From the NCBI GenBank assembly GCA_964519455.1, contig CAZFIU010000005.1:3749-67748 (forward strand): a stretch of 64,000 bases of DNA, in the 5' to 3' direction. A model generated the notes under the pieces. That model did no database searches, was not told where the DNA came from, and saw only the letters and a list, made by a program, of their open reading frames with translations. Below are positions 44,999 through 56,232 of the stretch, in pieces. The DNA comes from an uncultured Syntrophobacterales bacterium. Its GTDB lineage: Bacteria; Desulfobacterota; Binatia; UBA9968; JAJDTQ01. Each line of letters opens with the position of its first letter. The stretch's first letter is position 1. The translations under genes were made by a program, and so were the position numbers.

Positions 44999-45733
44999 TT
45001 GACGCGGGCGGTGAAACTGACGGATGGCATGCGCATTACACCAGAAATCAGTGGCGTCGGTATAGTCTTGGTCGGCGAGTTCAAACCAGCGACGTTCACC
45101 CCGGTTTGGTTCTCGACGCACGGCCTATTGCCGGAACCAGCCGACAAGGGCACGCAGTCACAGGTGCTCCAGGAGCAGGTGGTGGCAGCGTTTTCCACTG
45201 AATGGCTCCGGCTTGAGGTAACCCCCAACCGGTTCTTGGGAGAAACCTTGCAAGCGCCCCACATTCGTCTGCGAGACTTCGTCGTTCGCGTGTTTAAGGA
45301 GCAATTGGATCAGACACCACTCGTCGGGTTGGGGATCAACCGCCAGGTTCATTTTCAAGTCAAGACTTCGGCAGTAAGAGATCGGATTGGAAGGAGATTG
45401 GCTCCGGTAGAACCGTGGGGTGCGTGGAAGGATATCCTCCATCTGGATGGCAAGTACGGCGGGATGACATCACTGACCATGTCACAACGTAAGCCGGAGG
45501 ATCGGCTCGATGGGGGGAGCATCAATGTCAAGATTGAGCCATCCAACAGAATCGGCCAAGGAGGAACGGGGGTCTACGTCGCGATCAACGATCACTACGC
45601 AGGCGATCTGTCAGAACCTGGTTCAACAAGGTTCCTGGTAGAGTTGCTTGAGGACAATTTCGAGACATCATTAAGGCGTAGCGACGGTATCATCGATCAC
45701 GTTATGTCCTTGGGAGATACGCCAGAGGTATAG
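44999..45733 (+). CDS. hypothetical protein (first gene of a three-gene cassette)
   Basis: The protein is 244 aa. The start is uncertain: TTG 44999, GTG 45011 or ATG 45029. GC is lower than in the flanks. I recognised no catalytic motif. It is faintly reminiscent of TIGR04255-type uncharacterised proteins, which I have not verified. Confidence 0.6.
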   Translation: MTRAVKLTDGMRITPEISGVGIVLVGEFKPATFTPVWFSTHGLLPEPADKGTQSQVLQEQVVAAFSTEWLRLEVTPNRFLGETLQAPHIRLRDFVVRVFKEQLDQTPLVGLGINRQVHFQVKTSAVRDRIGRRLAPVEPWGAWKDILHLDGKYGGMTSLTMSQRKPEDRLDGGSINVKIEPSNRIGQGGTGVYVAINDHYAGDLSEPGSTRFLVELLEDNFETSLRRSDGIIDHVMSLGDTPEV

Positions 45734-45736
45734 ATC

Positions 45737-46339
45737 ATGCCGCGGACAGCACAATTCGCAACGCTGCAACGTGCCAGCGCGTGCGATGATGTCAACAGCC
45801 CCGAGATGAACACAACCATTGAGGACACAGCTATGGACCGGGAGGAGTCCATGGTTACCAAGTTGTCCCATGGAACGGATGCTTTCATGAACAGTGTTCA
45901 CGCGTCTCAGGGGGAGATGAATAGCTTGGGTCTGCTTACAGGGAGTGAACTGAACGAGTCCAGCGCCACGGCGGCCGTAAGGCCACACACCACGGCCACG
46001 CCTGCTGCGTCCCTACACGCTCTTCAGGAATGGGAGGGCTATGTCACGGAAATCAAGGAATCGGAGTTCGTGGCCAACCTGTTGGACGTTACCGCAGGAG
46101 ACATCTACGCAGGCGAAGAAGCGGTGATTCCTCTCGAGGAAATATCGGAAACCGACGCGGCCAAGATGCACACGGGCAGCATCTTCCGCTGGGTGATAGG
46201 GTACGAACGCGCCCCTTCATCCGGAAACAAGAGGCGTGTCTCGCAAATCGTGTTTCGCGACCTGCCAGCATTCACGAAACGAGATTTGAAAGAGGCGGAG
46301 GAGTGGGCTGAAGAGATGATGGCGGTCTTCGACAAGTGA
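45737..46339 (+). CDS. hypothetical protein (second gene of the cassette)
   Basis: ATG lies 4 nt after the upstream stop and is preceded by GAGG. The N-terminal half is S/T/A-rich and low in complexity. The C-terminal ~100 aa look globular (..WEGYVTEI...GSIFRWVIGY..). Confidence 0.55.
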   Translation: MPRTAQFATLQRASACDDVNSPEMNTTIEDTAMDREESMVTKLSHGTDAFMNSVHASQGEMNSLGLLTGSELNESSATAAVRPHTTATPAASLHALQEWEGYVTEIKESEFVANLLDVTAGDIYAGEEAVIPLEEISETDAAKMHTGSIFRWVIGYERAPSSGNKRRVSQIVFRDLPAFTKRDLKEAEEWAEEMMAVFDK

Positions 46340-47424
46340 CCGAGCTAGAGACACCAGGTACGCCGCCGGGCCCGAATGAACTTGAGATTACCCTTTTTGG
46401 GCCAGGGTATGGGGAGAGCATGGTCCTGCACACCGGTGGCGGCAACTGGACGATTGTTGACTCCTGCATCGACCGCGATGGCGATCCGCGGCCGCTAGGG
46501 TACCTGAGGAGTATCGGAGTTGACCCTTCACAGGCCGTTGAACTGATCGTCGCGACTCACTGGCATGATGATCACATACGCGGAATGTCCCGGTTGCTCA
46601 AAGTCTGCGAAAGAGCCGTCTTCTGCTGTTCCGCGGCGCTTTGCACCAGAGAGTTCTTGGCTGTAGTAGGTGTCTGGGGTAGGCGCCACGTGACTCCTGA
46701 TGGCTCTGGTGTCAGGGAGATTCACGATGTGCTCACCAACCTCCGTACTAGAGGTAAACAACCGACGTTCGCTTTGGCGAACCGGCTGATCCATTCCCGA
46801 AACGGGTGCAGGACCTGGTCACTCTCTCCGGGAGACGCGGATTATCGCAAATTTCTGACTTCCGTCGTCTCCTTGTACCCGGATGCTGGCGAGACGAAGA
46901 CGAGGATCCCGTCCATGTCTCCAAACGACGTGGCTGTGGTGGTCTGGATCGACGCCGATGACACAAGCATCCTGCTCGGGTCGGACGCTGAGAAGGCCGT
47001 TTGGTTGGAGATATTGCAGAGTCGCCAAACCGGCGGCCGTGCATCAATTTTCAAGATTCCACATCACGGGTCGGCGGACGCGCACGAAGAGCGTGTCTGG
47101 GGACAAATGCTTGATAATTCACCGGTCTCCGTGTTGACACCTTGGCGCAGGGGAGGTCGTGTCCTGCCGACCCGGCATGATGTTCAGCGAATTCTCAAGC
47201 GAACGGACAATGCCTTCACTACGTCCAGGGCCGAACTCACCGGGGAATCGGGAAAGCGCCGCGACCGTACGGTGGACCGAACCGTACGAGAGTCCAAGGT
47301 AACGCTCCGGCGGCAACCGCTCGTGACAGGTATGGTCCAGTCAAGGCGTGAGATTGGCACTGGCTCGGAATGGAAGGTCGAAATGTTCGGCCCGGCCTGC
47401 CATCTTCGTGACTATGCTGCGTAG
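46336..47424 (+). CDS. metallo-beta-lactamase fold protein, ComEC/Rec2 C-terminal-domain-like
   Basis: The GTG start overlaps the upstream stop (GTGA). LEITLFGPGYGESMVLHTGGGNWTIVDSC, the HxHxDH motif THWHDDHIRG and KIPHHGS are present. Confidence 0.75.
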   Translation: MTELETPGTPPGPNELEITLFGPGYGESMVLHTGGGNWTIVDSCIDRDGDPRPLGYLRSIGVDPSQAVELIVATHWHDDHIRGMSRLLKVCERAVFCCSAALCTREFLAVVGVWGRRHVTPDGSGVREIHDVLTNLRTRGKQPTFALANRLIHSRNGCRTWSLSPGDADYRKFLTSVVSLYPDAGETKTRIPSMSPNDVAVVVWIDADDTSILLGSDAEKAVWLEILQSRQTGGRASIFKIPHHGSADAHEERVWGQMLDNSPVSVLTPWRRGGRVLPTRHDVQRILKRTDNAFTTSRAELTGESGKRRDRTVDRTVRESKVTLRRQPLVTGMVQSRREIGTGSEWKVEMFGPACHLRDYAA

Positions 47425-47451
47425 CTCCGAACGGTGAGTTCGGTGCTCGCT

Positions 47452-47480
47452 TTGACAAGCTCAGGCTCGGATGTTATAGA
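47452..47480 (+). promoter_or_regulatory. sigma-70-type promoter candidate
   Basis: TTGACA (47452-47457), a 17-nt spacer, then TATAGA (47475-47480). It lies about 285 nt upstream of the first atp gene. Confidence 0.45.
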
Positions 47481-47546
47481 CCCCTTCCGTGGCAGGCAGT
47501 TGAACGAGGTTTGCCTCCCTCCGACTGCGCGCGCGCATCCATCAAG

Positions 47547-47574
47547 CACGGTCCGTTCGGGCCGTGTTTCGTGT
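47547..47574 (+). terminator. intrinsic terminator/attenuator-like hairpin
   Basis: CACGGTCC-GTTC-GGGCCGTG forms 8 bp with a tetraloop and is followed by TTTCGTGT. Confidence 0.35.
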
Positions 47575-47764
47575 AACTGATGGGATTATCGGGGCTTTTC
47601 CTTTGCCCGGGGCTTCGGGCCGCGGTCACGGCGAGACGCTACCGGTCAACGTGGGAAGGGAACGACACGCCGCCTGACGGCATTCGGTTTCACGCCATCT
47701 CAGAACTCCCGCCGGCTCGGGCCGTTGGCCCGCGTCCGGCGTTTTCAGCAATCCGACGCGTAGC

Positions 47765-48193
47765 ATGATCAGCGTAGACTTATCCTTGGTGGTCCAAATC
47801 GTCCTGTTCCTGATCCTGTGGAGCATCCTGCGCCGGGTGCTCTTCGGGCCGGTGGGGCGTCTGATGGCGGAGCGGGAGCGCCGGACGGAGGGCGCGCACG
47901 CCGAGGCGCGTGCCTTGTCCGACGAGGGCAAGGCGCTGCAGGAACAGTACGACGCCGCCATCGCCAAGGCGCGGGCGGAAGGGGAAGCGATCAAGGGGGA
48001 GATCCGGGAAGAAGCGGTCCGGGCACGCAACGCGATCCTTTCACAGGGGCGTGACGCGGCGACGCAAAAGATCCAGGAAATTCGCGAAGAAGTTCGCAAG
48101 GAAATGGACGCGGCGCGCGTGGTCGCTTCAAGCAACGCGGAGGCGCTGGCGCAAGAGATGGCGGAGAAGGTGCTGGGCCGGAAGCTGACATGA
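47765..48193 (+). CDS. F0F1 ATP synthase subunit b' (second b-type stalk subunit)
   Basis: The protein is 142 aa with one N-terminal TM segment followed by a charged A/E/R/K-rich helix. It is the first gene of the atp operon. Confidence 0.75.
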   Translation: MISVDLSLVVQIVLFLILWSILRRVLFGPVGRLMAERERRTEGAHAEARALSDEGKALQEQYDAAIAKARAEGEAIKGEIREEAVRARNAILSQGRDAATQKIQEIREEVRKEMDAARVVASSNAEALAQEMAEKVLGRKLT

Positions 48194-48729
48194 CCGTCGT
48201 AACCGAAATGTTCGTGTCCGTGGCATGGGCCGCCGCCGGCGAGGCCCATGCGCCTTCCATTACGGAGTTGATCTTCCCGCTGATCAACTTCCTGATCTTC
48301 GCGTATCTGGTCAAACGCTTCGGTCTTCCACTCATCCGGGACCATCTCAAGCAGCGGCGCGAGGGCCTAATCGCCGCGGTGGATACGGCCCAGAAGGCCA
48401 AGGCCGAGGCCGATGGATACGTTCGGAAGTACCAGGAACTGTTGAAGGTTCTCGACCAGGAGTGCGAGCGCATACGGGAGGGGCTGCGGGCCGAGGGCGA
48501 GCGCGAGCGTGCCCGGATCGTGGCTGAAGCGGAGGAGTTCTCCGCCAAGCTGATGGCCGACGCGGACTTTCTGGCCGAGCAGGAGGTCAAGATGGCGCGC
48601 CAGCAGATCCGCGCCGAGATGGCCTTCCAGGCCGAGGCGGCCGCGATACGGCTGCTCCGGCAGCACATGGCCGACGCCGACCAGGATCGCATGGTGCAAG
48701 ACTTCTCCGAGCAGATACAGGAGCTTTGA
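48190..48729 (+). CDS. atpF: F0F1 ATP synthase subunit b
   Basis: The protein is 179 aa with a TM segment and a long charged helix. It has an ATGA overlap with the upstream gene. Confidence 0.75.
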   Translation: MTVVTEMFVSVAWAAAGEAHAPSITELIFPLINFLIFAYLVKRFGLPLIRDHLKQRREGLIAAVDTAQKAKAEADGYVRKYQELLKVLDQECERIREGLRAEGERERARIVAEAEEFSAKLMADADFLAEQEVKMARQQIRAEMAFQAEAAAIRLLRQHMADADQDRMVQDFSEQIQEL

Positions 48730-48818
48730 CGCCGAACCGGGAAGCCGGCCGCGCCGCGGTGACGCGACCGAACGAGGTCGCTCCACGGGCAACCGAGAGG
48801 ACGTCAGGTCTATAACCG

Positions 48819-49355
48819 ATGACCGCAGGAAAGATCAGCCGTCGCTATGCCAGGGCGATCTTCGAGCTGGCCGCCGGCCGCGAGGAAGCCGTCGCAGCGG
48901 AAATAGACGGGTTTCTCAAGGCGTACGGGCACCCCGAGCTCAGGCATGTGCTGGGGAACCCCGCCTTCGACATCGATCGCCGCAAGGAGATCGTCGCCGA
49001 ACTGGCGGGACGGATGGGACTGTCCGAGTTGACCACCCGCTTCGTCTCGTTGCTGTTGACGCGGGAACGTCTGGATGGACTTCCCTCCATCGCGAGCCAC
49101 TACCACGGCCTGCTGGACGACGCGCGCGGACGCGTCAACGCCAGGGTCCTCGTGTCCCGCCCGCTGGCGGACGCGCAACGCGAGAGCCTCGCGTCCGTGG
49201 TGAGCGGCATGACCGGCAAGACCGCCGCCCTCACCGAGGAACTGGATCCGTCCATACTGGGCGGCATCATCGTCGAGGTGGGCGGCAAGGTCTATGACGG
49301 GAGCGTGCGCACTCAGCTTCACAGCCTCAGGCAGAACATCGAGAGGGCCTACTAA
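48819..49355 (+). CDS. atpH: F0F1 ATP synthase subunit delta (OSCP)
   Basis: ISRRYARAIFELA is the N-terminus. Its size and position before atpA fit. Confidence 0.85.
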   Translation: MTAGKISRRYARAIFELAAGREEAVAAEIDGFLKAYGHPELRHVLGNPAFDIDRRKEIVAELAGRMGLSELTTRFVSLLLTRERLDGLPSIASHYHGLLDDARGRVNARVLVSRPLADAQRESLASVVSGMTGKTAALTEELDPSILGGIIVEVGGKVYDGSVRTQLHSLRQNIERAY

Positions 49356-49385
49356 AATCACCAAAACAGTCCAAGGGAGCCAGTC

Positions 49386-50894
<1,509 letters not shown>

Positions 50895-50898
50895 GTAG

Positions 50899-51756
50899 GT
50901 GCCCTCCCTCAAGGACATAAGAAAGCGCATCGCCTCGGTCCGCAACACGCAGCAGATCACCAAGGCGATGAAGATGGTGGCGGCGGCCAAGCTGCGCCGG
51001 GCGCACGACGCCGCGGTGGAGTCGCGGCCGTATGCCGAGAAGATGCGGAAACTCCTGGCGAACCTGTCCGCGCGGGTGTCCGAGGACAGTCATCCGCTGC
51101 TGGTGGCGCGCGAGGAGAAGCGTATCGACGCGGTCTTCGTCACCACCGACCGGGGCCTGTGCGGCGGCTACAACAGCAACCTGTTTCGCCTGGCGGAGAA
51201 CTTTCTCCGGGACCATCCGGAGGAGGAAGTGGCGTTCCGGTTCGTCGGGCGCAAGGGCGCGGACTTCTACCGCCGCCGCGGCCGGGGCGCCATGGACGAC
51301 TCGCCGGTGACGTGGCACGCGCCGCCGGAGGAGATCGCGGCGGCGGTGGCCGGGAGTTTCATCGGCCGCTACCTGCGGGGCGAGTCGGACGGCGCGTATA
51401 TCCTCTACAGCGAGTTCCACTCGGCCCTGTCGCAGAGGCCGACGGTGGCCCGTCTCCTCCCCGTGGCGCCGGCGAAGGTGGACGAGGACGAGCACCTGAC
51501 CGAGTACCTGCTCGAACCGAGCATCCAGGACCTGCTCTCCACCCTGTTGCCCAAAAGCGTGGAGGTGCAGATCTACCAGGCCTTGCTCGAGGCCGTCGCG
51601 GGCGAGCACGGCGCCCGCATGACCGCCATGGAATCCGCCACCAGCAACGCTTCCGACCTGATCAGCCACCTGACGCTCCAGATGAACCGGGCGCGGCAGG
51701 CGGCCATTACCAAGGAACTGCTGGAAGTGGTCTCCACCGCGGAGGCGTTGGGCTGA
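50899..51756 (+). CDS. atpG: F0F1 ATP synthase subunit gamma
   Basis: It starts at GTG with MPSLKDIRKRIASVRNTQQITKAMKMVAAAKLRRA. Confidence 0.9.
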   Translation: MPSLKDIRKRIASVRNTQQITKAMKMVAAAKLRRAHDAAVESRPYAEKMRKLLANLSARVSEDSHPLLVAREEKRIDAVFVTTDRGLCGGYNSNLFRLAENFLRDHPEEEVAFRFVGRKGADFYRRRGRGAMDDSPVTWHAPPEEIAAAVAGSFIGRYLRGESDGAYILYSEFHSALSQRPTVARLLPVAPAKVDEDEHLTEYLLEPSIQDLLSTLLPKSVEVQIYQALLEAVAGEHGARMTAMESATSNASDLISHLTLQMNRARQAAITKELLEVVSTAEALG

Positions 51757-51846
51757 CGCGAGGATATGGGCCTCGAGCCCACCCGCGTGACTCGTGGAAA
51801 CGAAGGACGCAGGATACCAGGGAAACGGCGGACGGTCCGCCTTTGA

Positions 51847-53376
<1,530 letters not shown>

Positions 53377-53379
53377 ATC

Positions 53380-53790
53380 ATGGCCGGCGACATCTCACTC
53401 AGAGTGGTCACGCCCGTGCGGCTGGTGCTGGAAGAACGGGTGGACGAGTTGACCGCCCCCGGTCCCCTCGGCCAGCTCGGCATCCTTCCCGACCACGCGG
53501 CGCTCATGACGACCCTGGACATCGGCCAGCTCAGCTACAAGCAGGGCGGCTCCACCTCCGTCGTCACCCTGGCCGGCGGCTACGCCGAGGTGCTCGACAA
53601 CGTGGTCACGGTGCTGGCCGACGCGGCCGAGTTCCCGGCGGAGATCGACACCGACCGGGCCGAGAACGCCCGCGCCCGCGCCGAGCGCGCCCTCGAGGAG
53701 ACCGACCCAACCGACGAAGAGGCGCTGGCGGCCGCCAGCGCCGCCCTGCAACGCGCACTGGTGCGGCTCGAAACCGCCGCACGGGGCTAG
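53380..53790 (+). CDS. atpC: F0F1 ATP synthase subunit epsilon
   Basis: The protein is 136 aa. LRVVTPVRLVLEERVDELTAPG is typical of the family. Confidence 0.85.
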   Translation: MAGDISLRVVTPVRLVLEERVDELTAPGPLGQLGILPDHAALMTTLDIGQLSYKQGGSTSVVTLAGGYAEVLDNVVTVLADAAEFPAEIDTDRAENARARAERALEETDPTDEEALAAASAALQRALVRLETAARG

Positions 53791-53869
53791 CCGTCCACCG
53801 TCTGCCGATACCTGCCAAAAATGCGGCGGACATTGGCGACGGGCGTTTCCGACACCGCGGCCCCGAAGC

Positions 53870-54227
53870 GTCATTCCCGCTTTCCGGACTATGTCGAGAC
53901 TCTGCTCGGACTCGAAATGGCACCAGTTCCCACGAGTCGTCATTCCCGCTTTCCAGGGTGTGTCAAAACTCGTGAGGCACCAACGTCACAGAACGTCATT
54001 CCCGCGAAAGCGGGAATCCATGGGCGGTGGCGTGGGGAATACCGCCGTTTGCCCCCTCCCAACCCATGGATTCCCGCTTCCGCGGGAATGACGATTCGTG
54101 GCGTTGGTGCCATTTCGAGTCCGAGCAGAGTCTTGCCACAGCCTGTTTCGCGGGGATGACCACTCGTGGCGTTGGTGCCATTCGTGTCCGAGCGGAGTTT
54201 TGCCACAGCCTGTTTCACGGGAATGAC
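53870..54227. repeat. family-A composite, ~360-bp nested imperfect palindrome
   Basis: There are two ~60-bp units on the left (53870, 53939). The centre is an inverted hairpin-core pair at 53994-54092. Two reverse-complement units lie on the right, ending ..GGGGATGAC 54160 and ..GGGAATGAC 54227. Confidence 0.85.
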
Positions 54228-54285
54228 GATGCGTACGGTCCCGGCGCGCTGGCCGGGTGCGCGTATTTGGGTTAAAGTCTGAGAC

Positions 54286-55482
54286 ATGTTGCGTTATTTC
54301 ACTGCCGGCGAGTCCCACGGGCCGTGCCTCACCACCATCATCGAGGGCGTGCCGGCGGGGTTCGACATCGACATCGAGAAGGTCAACCACGATCTCTGGC
54401 GGCGCCAGCAGGGCTACGGCCGGGGCGGGCGCATGCTCATCGAGAAGGACGAGGTGCAGGTGCGCTCCGGTCTCCGCTGGGGCAAGACCCTGGGCTCGCC
54501 CGTCACTTTCGGCATCGACAACCGCGACTGGAAGAACTGGACCAAGAAGATGTCCCCGTACGCGGAGGACGAGGGCCAGGCCATCCCGGTCAAGAAGCCG
54601 CGCCCGGGCCACGCGGACCTTACCGGCGTCCTCAAGTACGGCCATTCCGACATCCGCAACATCCTGGAGCGCGCCAGCGCCCGGGAGACCGTGTCGCGGG
54701 TGGCGGTGGGTTCGTTCTGCAAGCAGCTCGTCGAGCCATTCTCGGTGAAGGTGCGGGGTTACCTTCGCTCCCTCGGCGGCATCGAGGCCGACATCGAGGG
54801 GAAGACCTACGACGAGATCTTCGAGCTGGCCGAGAACTCGCCGGTGCGCATGGCGGACCCCGAGGCCGAGAAGAAGGCCATCGAGTTGATCGACCGGTGC
54901 AAGAAGGACGGCGACACCCTGGGTGGGGTCTTCGAGGTGGTGGCCACCGGCGTTCCCCCGGGCCTGGGAAGCCACGTCCACTGGGACCGCAAGCTCGACG
55001 GCCGTCTCGCTCAGAGTCTCATGAGCATCCAGGCCATGAAGGGTGTCGAGATCGGCCGCGGCTTCGACATAGCGCGGCGGCGCGGGTCGGAAGTGCACGA
55101 CGAGATATTCTTCGACCCGCGGCACATGATCTCCGAGGCGAAGCCGCGCATGCAGCCCACCGACTTCTACCGCGGCAGCAACAACGCAGGCGGCCTCGAG
55201 GGCGGCATGACCACCGGCGCGCCCCTGGTCGTGCGGGTGGCGATGAAGCCCATCTCCACCCTCATGAGCCCGCTCCAGTCGGTGAACCTCGACACCAAGC
55301 AGCCCGAGGATGCGTCGGTGGAACGCTCGGACGTGTGCTCCGCGCCGGCGGCGGCCGTCATCGGCGAAACCATCGTCTCCTTCGAGCTGGCACGGGCGTT
55401 CCTGGAGAAGTTCGGTGGGGACTCGCTGGCGGAAATCAGTCGCAACTACGACGGCTACCTCGACCAAGTCAAGAGCCTCTGA
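54286..55482 (+). CDS. aroC: chorismate synthase
   Basis: The N-terminus is MLRYFTAGESHGPCLTTIIEGVPAG and the sequence is conserved throughout. Confidence 0.95.
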   Translation: MLRYFTAGESHGPCLTTIIEGVPAGFDIDIEKVNHDLWRRQQGYGRGGRMLIEKDEVQVRSGLRWGKTLGSPVTFGIDNRDWKNWTKKMSPYAEDEGQAIPVKKPRPGHADLTGVLKYGHSDIRNILERASARETVSRVAVGSFCKQLVEPFSVKVRGYLRSLGGIEADIEGKTYDEIFELAENSPVRMADPEAEKKAIELIDRCKKDGDTLGGVFEVVATGVPPGLGSHVHWDRKLDGRLAQSLMSIQAMKGVEIGRGFDIARRRGSEVHDEIFFDPRHMISEAKPRMQPTDFYRGSNNAGGLEGGMTTGAPLVVRVAMKPISTLMSPLQSVNLDTKQPEDASVERSDVCSAPAAAVIGETIVSFELARAFLEKFGGDSLAEISRNYDGYLDQVKSL

Positions 55483-55518
55483 CGGGCTGTCGAAAGACCC
55501 GGTATGGGGCGGATCGGA

Positions 55519-55610
55519 GCCCTTCGACGGCGCCTCGCTACGCTCGGGTCGAACGGGTTGCATCGCTGTCCCCTGGTATGACCGTTCGTCGCGAGCGAAG
55601 TCGAAGGACG
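55519..55610. repeat. family-B repeat, two copies in inverted orientation
   Basis: GCCCTTCGAC..CGCTACGCTCGGGTCGAACGG ... GACCGTTCGTCGCGAGCGAAGTCGAAGGAC. Confidence 0.7.
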
Positions 55611-55635
55611 TGCCTTCAACCGGCACGCGCAGGAC

Positions 55636-56232
55636 ATGATACCGGACCGCGCGAACATCGCCCTGACGGGTTTCATGGCGGCGGGCAAGACATCCGTGGG
55701 CCGGAGCCTGGCGCGGTCCCTGGGCTGGGCGTTCGTGGACCTGGACGCGGTCATCGAGGCGGGCGAAGGCGTCCCGATCCGCGAGATCTTTACCCGCCGC
55801 GGGGAGGACCATTTCCGGGAACGCGAGAAGGCCGCCCTCGCGCAGGTGCTGGAGGACACCGGTCAGGTCATCGCCTTGGGAGGCGGCGCGGTCGTCGACC
55901 CGGACAACCGCGCACGGCTCAAGGGGCGCAGCCTGCTGGTCTGGCTGAAGGTCTCCCCCGGGGCGGTGTTGCACCGGACCCGCGGGGACGATGAACGGCC
56001 GTTGCTCCGGCAGGGGGGAAAGGCGGCGCCGAACGGGGACTCCGTGCCCGCCGGCGACAGCGCTCCGCCCGTGTCGCCGGCCGAGGCCGACGCCGCGAAG
56101 CTCGCGCGCATCGAGGAGCTGCTGGCGCAACGGGAACACATCTACGCCGAGGCGGATGTGACGGTGGATACCGACGGCCTCGCCGTGGACCAGGTGGTCC
56201 AGCGCATCCGGCAACAGCTATGCAGACCATAA
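55636..56232 (+). CDS. aroK: shikimate kinase
   Basis: NIALTGFMAAGKTSVGRSLA is the Walker A motif. The protein is 198 aa and carries a proline/alanine-rich insertion near the C-terminal third. Confidence 0.85.
   Translation: MIPDRANIALTGFMAAGKTSVGRSLARSLGWAFVDLDAVIEAGEGVPIREIFTRRGEDHFREREKAALAQVLEDTGQVIALGGGAVVDPDNRARLKGRSLLVWLKVSPGAVLHRTRGDDERPLLRQGGKAAPNGDSVPAGDSAPPVSPAEADAAKLARIEELLAQREHIYAEADVTVDTDGLAVDQVVQRIRQQLCRP

Noticed and set aside
53870-54227. The ~60-bp periodic units ending in GGGAATGAC looked CRISPR-like at first sight. The same applies at 22571-22771 and 11114-11301.
   Set aside because: The units are arranged as inverted copies around a central palindrome, not as direct repeats. 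The 'spacers' are themselves conserved between loci, only 2-4 units occur per locus, and no cas genes are present.
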